From Octopus vulgaris (lineage: Eukaryota): 64,000 nucleotides of DNA. The notes beneath the pieces were generated by a model, which did not search any database, was not told the DNA's origin, and was given only the letters and a program-made list of their open reading frames with translations. The translations under genes were made by a program, and so were the position numbers. Below are positions 53,324-64,000 of the stretch, piece by piece (within the stretch, counting starts at the first letter, position 1; every line of letters starts with the position of its first letter). The stretch covers positions 45,384,001 through 45,448,000 of the forward strand of contig OX597829.1 of NCBI GenBank assembly GCA_951406725.2. The letters are read 5' to 3'.

Positions 53324-55627
53324 CATTATTATTATTATTTTATGAATGCGGCAAGCTCACTGAATCATTAGTATGCCGGACAAAATGCTTGGTAGCATTT
53401 CATCGGTCTTTTTATGTTCTGAGTTCAAATTCCGCTGAGGTTGACTTTGCCTTTCATCCTTTCAAGGGTAGATGAAATAAGTACCAGTTATGTACTGGGG
53501 TCGATGTATAATTGACTTATCCCCTTCCACCCAAAATTTCAGGCCTTGTGCCTATAGTAGAAAGAATTATAATTACAATTACTATTGTTATATATTTTCT
53601 GGCAGATTTTATTGACATTTGTTGTTGTTGTTGTTATTATTGTTTTTGATGTTTATAGTTTCATTTGTTAATATTTCAGTTTATTAAATATTTCATTTAT
53701 TCATTTATTTATTTATTTTGAAATTTCAAAAAAAAAAATCTATTTAAGGAAATAAACTTTTATTTCTCTTCCATGTACTTACGTTTGTTTATTTTCTTTC
53801 TTTCTCTTTTTCTTTCTTTCTTTCTTTCTTGATTTTAATAATAATTTATTGAACAGTTACTAAATGGTTCACTATTATGACAACAAGATTGACAAAAAAC
53901 TACAATATATATATATATGTGTGTGTGTGTGTGTATTATATATATATATATATATGTATAAGTATACATGTATATATATTTATATATATATATGTGTGTG
54001 TGTGTATGTGTGTATGTATATATGTATGTATATCAATATATATGTGTATATGTGTGTATATATATTAATATATAAATATATTATATATTAATATATATAT
54101 AACTATATATATATATATATATATATATACATACATGCACATACACACATATAAATATATATTTATGTAAATACATATGTATATATATATATATTTATTA
54201 TTGGCAATGGAAGCATTATTAGTTCAGAAGAGCAATCTGTATATCTTACATAATGTTGATGTAGTGTAAGAACACCACAACACTGAGGTATTTGTCTTGA
54301 GAAAGCTTCTCATAAATGTCTATACAAGAAACTTTCCTTAAGATGAAGAACTTTGTGTTATGGCTTTTTTACACTCTATCTATGTTAAGTAATATATCTG
54401 TTTATGTTTTTGTGTAAATATATATATATATATATGTATAGATTGTTTGTTGTGGTGGTATACAGATTTTATGTATTAATAAAAGAATTTAGTTAACATC
54501 AGGATAAATACTATTTATTGAATGCTTTCATCCTCTTTAGGGATTTATCATGAGTAATGGCTTATTTCAATAACCCACAATTCATGATGAATCCCTGAAG
54601 GGGATTAGAGCACTCAATAAACAGCTTTTATCCATCCAGACTATCTTCTGGATGCATAAATACTATGTGTGTGTGTGTGTATTTGTGTGTGTGCATGTAC
54701 TTGCATGCATGTGTGTGTGATTATGAAATACTGCACAATTTGCTATGCAATAAGATTGTACCCTGAAACCATATGGTTGTGAAGCAAAGTTTTCATTTAA
54801 TTATTTTATTTAATATCATGTAATTAATTTGTTTATAATTAAGTAATCTTTATTTAATATCAATAAAGAACCGGTTATATAATGAAACAAACTGAATCAA
54901 TGCAGTCATTTTTATTCTTCCTTAATAAATATTGTCTTACTCTTTTACTCTTTTACTTGTTTCAGTCATTTGACTACGGCCATGTTGGAGCACCACCTTT
55001 AGTCGAGCAAATCGACCCCAGGACTTATTCTTTGTAAGCCCAGTACTTATTCAATCGGTCTCTTTTGCCGAGCTGCTAAGTGACGGGGACGTAAACACAC
55101 CAGCATCGGTTGTCAATCAATGCTAGGGGACAAACACATACACACACACACATATATATATATACGACAGGCTTCTTTCAGTTTCCGTCTACCAAATCCA
55201 CTCACAAGGCATTGGTCGGCTCGGGGCTTTAGTAGAAGACACTTGCCCAAGATGCCACGCAGTGGGACTGAACCCGGAACCATGTGGTTGGTTAGCAAGC
55301 TACTTACCACATAGCCACTCCTGCGCCTTGGTGATTTTTTTTTTTTTTTGTAAGAAACTATTATCATTAATTTAATATTATCCTTCTTGTCATTATTTGC
55401 ATTCACATGTTACACTTCAGAAGTAATCAGAATGGTAAAAATATTTTCCCGAGCAAATAGGAACAGGAGTGCATGTGTGGTTCTGAAGCTTGATTTCCAA
55501 CCATGTGGTCTTGGGTTCAGTCCCTTTTTGCAGCAGCATCAGGGCAAGTGTGTCTTCTGCTATAGCCCTGGGTTGACCAAAGCCTTGGTAGGCAGAAATT
55601 GAATGAAGCATGTCTTGTATGTATATT

Positions 55628-56950
55628 CAGGGTGTTTGGGCAGCTAAATTTGACAGTTTGCATAAAAGGAAAAGAAAGCCTAATATTTCATCCAAAAATT
55701 AAAAGTATTTTAAAAAGATTATAAAATATCAACTAGATTGTGGCTGGGAGATGACAATTGACGCAAAATAATCACCCTCAGCTTCAACCATGGCCCCAAG
55801 ATGGCTCTAGAATCTGGTGCAAGCATTCCTCACTGTGTCCCTGGGAAAATCTTTGAAAACTTCCTTGACCTTGCCCACCAGTTTGGCCTTGGTCTTGCTG
55901 GCAGAATTGTTGGTGTCTTTCTCAAAGCACTCCATGCATAGTAATAATTGGGATTACAATTGAGTGAATTAGTAGGCCAGAAATTGGGCCTGGTTAAGTT
56001 GTTGAAATTCTTCAACGACTACTTCTGACTCTTTCCAGAGCCAAATGCTACTGCTAAAAATGAGGTCTGTCTGCAAAGTAACAGGACTGGTGTCACAAAG
56101 AGTTCATTTCAATTTTAAACAACAAACTACATGGTTTTCCCTTCAAAGCAATCCCCTTCGAGTCTAATGTACTTTTTCCATCCTTCTCTGCCATGCTTCT
56201 ATACACTGCTGGAAAGATTCATCTGGGATGCCCCTCAGCTCCATCATTACAGCCCTCTTGATGGCCTTCACACCTTCAAAATGGGTCTCTTTGATGGTCC
56301 CCTTGAGCTTGGGGGTGAAAAAAAATGTCACATGGAGCAAGATCTGGTGAATAGGGAGGTTGTTCCAATATGATGATATTCTTCTCAGCCAGGAACTGCC
56401 AGACGCTCAGGCCATTCTGAATAAGTACATTGTTGTGATGAAGCAACCACGATTTGTCCCACCACAACTCTTATCTCTTCTCGGGCACTGAGTGAAGCAA
56501 ATGCTGCAGAATCATCTTTGTAGACTCGCTGATTGATTGTCTGGCCCTGTGGCAAGAACTCACTGCGGACAATACCCATAGCTCACACAGCACGCCTAAT
56601 CCTGTTACTTTACAATCAAACCTTATATATGGCCTCCCTGCAGCTACACTCTCCAACCACTTCACATAGTCATCAGAAATGAGCCTATGGCTCTCTTAAA
56701 AACTGTGGAGATGAATTCCAGTGTGTATGGATGCAGTCAGAATGTCCTCTGTGTCCCTTCCTGCTGACCATAGCTTTATAGTCTCCATTGCAGCCTTTAC
56801 AGTGTTCACAGAGCTTTGAACAGCAGTCATGATATTGGCATTTTAACACCTGGCATCACTCATTATAATACAGGTAACCCTTTTCTAATACTCAGATGGC
56901 TTCCAGTTCACCATGTCAGCTAAAATTATTCTCAACTACAGCTTTAATCT
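55628..56950 (-). pseudogene. Decayed Tc1/maT-like transposon, interrupted by the mariner fragment
   Basis: FWPTNSLNCNPNYYYAWS resembles WPPNSPDLNPLDYxVW. KWLESVAAGRPYI lies upstream of the mariner insert. The left end is CAGGGTGTTT-like. Confidence 0.6.
56062..56580 (-). pseudogene. Mariner transposase 3' fragment
   Basis: EFLPQGQTIN, WLLHHNN and LEQPPYSPDLAPCDIFF in broken - strand frames. Confidence 0.8.
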
Positions 56951-59227
56951 TTATGCTCTCCAACGCCGTTAACTATTCACAAATACGTCAAGATAAGGCG
57001 GCAAGCTGGCAGAAGCGTTAGCATGCCGGGCGAAATGCTTAGCGGTATTTCGTCTGCTGCTACGTTCTGAGTTCAAATTCCGCTGAGGTCGACTTTGCCT
57101 TTCATCCTTTCGGGGTCGATTAAATAAGTACCAGTTACGCACTGGGGTCGATATAATTGAGTTAATCAAGTTGTCTGCCCTTGTTTGTCCCCCCTATATT
57201 TAGCCCCCTGTGGCCAATAAAGAAATAACAAATATGTCAAGGTGTTCCTGAAAGAAGGAAACAAGAAAATTGTCAAATTCAGCCCAAATGCCCTGTACAC
57301 ACACACACGCACGCACACAGACACACACAGACACACGCACACACATACACACACATACACATACACATGCATGTAAGTATATCTGTAATGTATGTGTGTG
57401 TGACTTTATGTTGTATTTGCTCCTCGTGCTTGACAACCGGTATTGGCTCGTTTACATCCCCGTAACTTAGCTGTTAGGTAAAAGAGACTGATAGAATAAG
57501 TACCAGGCTTAAAAAAGAAGTACGCTGGGGGTGTGGCAATGATTTGTTCTACTAAAACCTTCCAAGACAAATTTTAGTGGCTGCTGCCCAATGACTGCAA
57601 CGAGTAAAAGATAAAAAAATATAAAGAATAAATAGATCTAATATCATTCAACAATTGCTTAAATTCATCTTTGCAAAGGCAGAACATCACATAAATTTAA
57701 TTAAATGTTATTGCGTAACAATGAAGACCAATATTTCTCTTCTTGTAGTTTAATGCTAATGACATTAGATGCTTTATATCCAATACTGTAAAATTTACTA
57801 TAGTCATCATCATCATCATCTAATTTCCATTTTCCATGCTGGCATGGACCGGATGGTTTGACTGGAGCTAACCATCTGAAAGGCTGTTCAGGCTCCATGT
57901 CTGTTTTGGCATGGTTTCTACGGCTGGATGCTCTTCCTAATGTCAACCACTTTACAGAGTGTACTGGGTGCTTTTATGCAGCAACTGGTATAGGTGCTTT
58001 TAACATGGTACCAGCACCTTTGATCACGAGCAGGAGTAGTGGAGAAGCATCGTAGCCATATGTTGAGAAGGACTCCTTGGGGTTTAAATATATATAATAA
58101 AAGTAAAGTTCAAACGAAATATTAACCATTTTTCATATTTTCTAAGGGTAAGCAAATAGGAAATAACAGTTGCTATTCAAGGATGATAATCATAGTGTAC
58201 TTTGAGACAACTTAGAGGCTCACTTTGAGATATAGAAGTGGGCCTATAAACTGATGCCATAACTGTAAAACCCTCATCTGCAACCTAAACTAGTCTATGA
58301 TCTGAATAATGATTTCAAATTTTGCAAGCTGTTGATTTTAGGGTCAGTGCATAAGTTAAGAACATCAGACTCAGTGCTCATCTGGTACTTATTTTATTTA
58401 CCTTGAAAGGGTGAAAGGTAAAGCTGATCTTGGTGGCATTTGGACTCAGAATCTAAAGAGCTGGAAGAAATACTGTTGGGCATTTTTCTGGCATGCTTAA
58501 TGATTTCACTATATTGCTGCTTCGTTATGGTATGAATAACGAGGAAGCTGATAAGTCAAGAAAAACATTCAAAAGTATATTTGAGCTGTTTCCTTTGTTT
58601 CATTAACAAGTAATTGAGACCTTTGGCAATTTGCTGTGCTTGTGTAGACTTGTCAAGCCAAGTGAATTTGCAGTCATGGCCCATAAAAGGTACCTGTGCC
58701 AGTGACACATAAAACATGCTCGTGCTGGTGACAGGTAAAAGGCATCCACTACACTCTTGGAGGGGGTTGGCATTAGGAAGGGATCCTAACTACAGAAACC
58801 AAGCTAAATCAGACTGGAACCTGGTACAGCTCTCTGGTTTACCAGTTCCAGTCAAACCATCTAACCCATGCCAGCATGGAAAGTGGACACTACATGATGA
58901 TGATGTTGAAGATGATGATGATGATGATGATGATGATGCACCCGAAGGAAATGAACTTAATGTTTTAGACTTCAAAATCAGACATACCATTCTACTTCTA
59001 TTCGGTGCGTAGAAAATTGTCTGGAACAATGCCAACTTTATATCATTGATTGTAATGATATGTTGGTGGCAAAATTTCAGAATGTTCACCTGATGTGAAG
59101 GAACACAGTGCAAGAAGTTAGGATTATGAATTTTTTGAAACTATAAACTGAACCAAATACAAAAAAAAAACAAAACATTTTTAGTAGAATTGCTAAGAAC
59201 TGGTATGTTTATTCAGAGAAAAACATG

Positions 59228-59540
59228 AAGGTGCATGGCTTAGTGGTTAGGGTTAATCGATTCACAATCATAAGGTCCTGAGTTCAATTTCTGGAAGCTG
59301 CTATGTCCTTGAGCAAGACACTTCATTTCATTTTGCTCCAGCTGGATAAAATTAAGTTGTACCTGTAATTCAAAGGGCCGGCATAGTCACATTCTGTGTC
59401 AAGCTGAATCTCCCTGAGAACTACGTTAAAGGATAAGCATGTCTGTGGAGTACTCAGCCATTTGCACGTAATTTCACAAGCCAGCTGTTCTACTGATTAG
59501 ATCAACCAGAACCCTTATTGTTGTAACCGATGGAGTGCCA
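59228..59540 (+). mobile_element. CORE-like tRNA SINE family E
   Basis: TGGCTTAGTGGTTAGG head and GTCCTTGAGCAAGACACTT core. A homologous copy at ~7254-7975 is split by a family A insertion. Confidence 0.7.
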
Positions 59541-60223
59541 CTCAAAGAAAATACAGTTCCAGCACCGCATGACTGGCATCTGTGCTAGTGGAGCACTAAG
59601 AGCACCATCCGAGTGTGATCGTTACCAGGGCTGCTGGTGGTACATGAAGAACAACATTCAAGCGAGAGCATTGCCAGTGCCGCTGGACTGGCTCCTGTGC
59701 AGGTAGCAGGTAAAAAACACCATTTGGGCGTGGCCATTGCCAGTACCGCCTGACTGGCCCTCGTGCCGGTGGCACGTAAAAGCACCCACTTCACTCCCAG
59801 AGTGGTTGGCATCAGGTACGGCATCCAGCTGTAGAAACTCTGCCAGATCAGATTGGAGCATGGTGCAGCCATCTGGCTCACCAGTCCCCAGTCAAACCAT
59901 CCAACCCATGCCAGCATGGAAAACAGACGTTAGATGATGATGAGGATGATGATGATGATCTTCAGAAGAGACCTTGATATCAGCTGGTACAATTTTCTTA
60001 TAGATAATGTAATTGTTACTGTGAAGAAAATAGAGCTATCTCCCAGGGAATTTCATAATCAGGTCTTGGAGCGTTTTCTTTGCCTATTGTATCATCGTGT
60101 ACCTAAAATATAATATCCTTAGGGTTCTATGCAAAGTTATCCGACAATATCATTTATATCATGGTATTTATTCATTCGTTTGGTTTAGGGATATTTTTTC
60201 CTTGTGTGTTACTGTGTAGACTA

Positions 60224-60670
60224 ACAACCACCACCACCACCACCACCAGCACCACTGATACCATCAGAACCGACACCACCACCACCACCACCACTACTGA
60301 CACCACCACCACTGACACCACCACCACTGATACCATCAGAACCGACACCACCACCACCACCACCACCACCACCACCACCACCACCACCACTACTGACACC
60401 ACCACCACTGACACCACCACAACCGACACCACCACCATTACCACCACCACCACCACCACTACCACCATTACCACCACCACCACCACCACCACCACCACCA
60501 TCACCGCTGACACCATCACAACCGACACCACCACTACCACCATCACCACTGACACCATCACAACTGACACCACTGCCGCCGCTACCACCAACACCACCAC
60601 CAACCCCCACTACTGACATCATTACCATTGACACCACCACTACCACCACTGTTGTCACCAATACCACCAA
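60224..60670. repeat. (ACC)n-derived compound repeat
   Basis: ACC triplets with recurring ACTGAC/ACCGAC interruptions. Confidence 0.9.
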
Positions 60671-62238
60671 CCCAAATAACATAACCACTAACATTAAGTG
60701 ACCATGCATCTGTTGTACCTAAAGAGGCTACAGATCTTGTGAAGGTTGTATTGAAATGTAGTAATAGCTGGCTACGCAGCAGGTGACCTATCTCCATGCT
60801 TCTGATGTTGCTTAAGGGAAGAATATGATCTTATACGGCTCTACAGAGCAGTTGCCAGAACAAAATTGAAAGCAATTTCCAATAACCTCAGAGAATATAG
60901 TTGATTGTATTGATCTTGATACTTTTAATGACGTGCAAACTGGTATTCATTGTTATTGGTACTGGTACCAAGACAATGCAGATATCCAAGAATAAACTAC
61001 TCGATTGTGATCACAGACCAAACCAATCAAGACAAAGAAGATAAAACATTTGTAAATACACACTTTATTTATTTTTATTTTTTTTATGTATTAGTTTTAT
61101 TTCGTTATCCTTTGTTTATCATCATCCTCATATAGCGATCAGAGATCAAACCAATCATAACATAGTAGATAAATTTTTGTAAATATTCACTCTAAAGATA
61201 AGATTTAATAATTTGAAAAATTATTCTTAATCTTAAGAACTTAACTCTTGTCAGAAATTTGGAAATTTTATTTTCATATTTGTTAGAATTTTCTGAGGAA
61301 ATATTCTACATAGAAATGCTCCTTTCCAAGAGAATCATTTATTCTTCTGGTATTTTGTACAATCAACTGCTAACAAACTAGTTATGTTTTTATGGCAAAT
61401 ACAAACAAGGGCACTACTGTATGTGTCTGATATTATTTCACACCGAATGTGTAAGCAGTGTCAAGACAGAAATCATAAAAAGACAAATGCATGCATGCAC
61501 ACACATAGGCACATGCTCATACATGTGCACACAGCAGGTTTCTTTCAGTTTGCTTCTACCAAATCTACTCACAAGAAGAAGACACTTGCCCAAGGTATCA
61601 TGCAGTTGGACTGAATCCAGAAATAAATGAGTACATATTATATAATCACGTGCAAATGCATATTATAATGTATGAATGAATAGAAGGCGGGGAGCTGGCA
61701 GAAACGTTAGCACGCCGGGCAAAATGCTTAGCGGTATTTCGTCTGTGTTTACTTTCTGAGTTCAAATTTCCGCTGAGGTCAACTGCCTTTCATCCTCTCA
61801 GGGTCAATAAATTAAGTACCAGTTGCATATTGGAGTTGATCTAATTGACTAGCCCCCTCCTCCAAAATTTCAGGCCTTGTGCCTAGAGTAGAAAAGAGTA
61901 TATATATATATCTCTAAAGGCAGTGAGCTGGCAGAAATGTTAGTACGCCGGGCATAATGCTTAGCGGTATTTCATCTGTCTTTACATTCTGAGTTCAAAT
62001 TCTGCCAAGTTCGATTTTGCCATTCATTCTTTTGGGGTCGATAAATTAAGTACCAGTTGCATACAGGGGTCAATCTAATTGACTGGCCACCTCCTCCAAA
62101 ATTTCAGGCCTTGTGCCTAGAGTAGAAAAGAGTATATATATATATTTCTAAAGGCAGTGAGCTGGCAGAAATGTTAGTACGCCGGGCATAATGCTTAGCG
62201 GTATTTCATCTGTCTTTACATTCTGAGTTCAAATTCTA

Positions 62239-63390
62239 TAGGCTTTGATGCTAAGAAATCTTTGAAAGCTGATTCCACCTCTGGTTTGGAGCTCAAAATT
62301 TTATCACTTAAAATGTGTTTAAATGCTTAAAAAATGGTAGTTAGAGGGTGAAAGAGCAGGAGAATATGGAGGATGTGGTAAAGTCTGGTATCCCAAGTCT
62401 ATGAGTTTCTGAAGCATCAATCTTGCAACATGTAGCTTTGCATTATCGTGGAGCAGAATTGGGCTATGCTGATTCACCAATGCAGGTCTCATTTTTTTAC
62501 CAGTGAGCATGCATTTCAATGAGCTGATTGCAGTAAACCTCTGCTGTAATGTTCTGATAGGCTTTCAGGAGGCTGTAATGGACAACACCAATTGCAGACC
62601 ACCAGACAGTCACCATAATCTTTTGCTGATGCAATTTTGGCTTTGGGAAATGTTTGGTGGACTCATCGCGATCAAGCCATTGACCTGATCAGTTACGGTT
62701 ATCATAAAGGATCCACTTTTCGTCACAAGTGACTATTCAATCAAGAAAAAGATCATTGGTGTTTTACAGAAAGAGCATTGAGCACACTTCAAAATGCCAA
62801 ACTTCTTGAGCTCATGCAGTACGAGCTCATGCAGTACGAGCTCATGCAGTACCCATTTATCAAGATTTTCCACTTTACCAATCTTCTGCAGATTGCACGA
62901 GACCATTGCAATACGGACACCGAGTGCCAGAAACATTTCTCTGACACTTTGACGTGGGTTTTGTTCAACAATTGCTTTCAGTTGTCCATTGTTAAGACTG
63001 CATGACCGTCCTCTACCTTCTTCATCTTCAAGGCTCTCGTCACCACTACAGAATTTCTGAAACCATCTTCGTACTGTATGATCACTTGTGGACCACTCTC
63101 CCCATGCTTTGTTGATATTGGCAGCAGTTTGGGCGTCATTGTGCCTAAGCTTGAACTCATGCAAGAAAAGTAAGCGAAGGTCCTCTTTTGTCATGTTCAT
63201 AATTAGGGGTGCCTATTCTTCAAGAATGTTTTCTGTCTAAAATAATTAGAAAATTATTAAAGAGCATACATCAGTTATTAAGTATATTGAAATTCACATA
63301 AAATATAATTAAGATACTATGATAAAATTACGTTTCAAAACGCAACACTTAGAGCAGCCTTTATTTTCGGAACAGCATAAGGATATATGA
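62239..63390 (-). pseudogene. Decayed mariner (DD34D-type) transposase element
   Basis: - strand gives MTKEDLRLLFLHEFKL...TVRRWFQKFCSGDESLEDEEGRGR, W-VLHEL (x3), IVTCDEKWILYDNR, LLHDNAKLH and HPPYSPALSPSNYHF. Frameshifted; 3' end abuts a SINE array. Confidence 0.9.
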
Positions 63391-64000
63391 ATGCACCAAT
63401 GCACATTATAGAACACTAATGCGCAGATGTATATTGCAGCATATAAATACGCATTTACAACCTTTTGTTTAGATAACATACTTACATTTCAACATATATT
63501 GCTTACTTAAACCGTCCCACACTCAAATTTACTTAATTACAATATTTGGTACCTTTCTGTCTCATGACATACACAATAGCAATGCGACTGCCATTACCAA
63601 ACATATAATTATGTTGGTGGAAGCTTTTACGCAAGTTGCTCAACCTTTCGCAATAGTGGCTAGATCTACAAACCAAACAAAATGAATAAATAAATAAATA
63701 AAGGAACAATTAAATAAAATAAAAAAAAAATACCAAACCATTGAATGATATACTTTGAGATTAATTATGCTTGAAAGTGCGAGTGATGGCCATGGTTAGA
63801 ATGCTTTTGATCATATGTCATCTACTCAATTACACCTGACTTAGCGATATATATTTAGTGTGTGTTACTAGTCCAGGTTGGTGTTCTTTTATTTTTTTAC
63901 TTGTTTCAGTCATTTGACTGCAGCCATGCTGGAGCACCACCTTTAGTCAAACAAATCGACCACAGGACTTATTCTTTGTAAGCCTAATACTTATTCTATC

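Noticed and set aside
60161-60709. Mucin-like Thr-rich or Gly-rich ORFs
   Set aside because: (ACC)n microsatellite translations with no partner exons identified.
62319-63200. Domesticated SETMAR-like transposase (third catalytic D appears as N)
   Set aside because: Frameshifted and truncated, with no SET domain nearby; consistent with neutral decay.

Overview
AT-rich, repeat-dense eukaryotic DNA. The SINE families and the molluscan-type protein suggest an octopus genome (inference). The window holds one complete spliced gene on the + strand, neuroendocrine protein 7B2 (SCG5/secretogranin V, the proPC2 chaperone and PC2 inhibitor). It has five coding exons (25846-26143, 35975-36100, 40662-40864, 45352-45405, 52680-52757; 759 nt, 252 aa, all GT-AG and phase-compatible). 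A probable non-coding exon 1 (~12630-12765) follows a CRE+TATA promoter. The rest is several tRNA-derived SINE families, a decayed R4/Dong-like LINE, mariner/Tc1 relics, a non-autonomous Helitron, MITEs, Penelope-like fragments with minimal hammerhead-like motifs, microsatellites and a higher-order minisatellite. Most ORFs in the supplied track are repeat artefacts. Best leads: (1) two PC2-inhibitory AKK motifs on separate phase-0 exons; (2) a hairpin-adjacent candidate cassette exon between them; (3) hammerhead-like motifs inside the gene; (4) several long fold-back structures that could be ADAR substrates.
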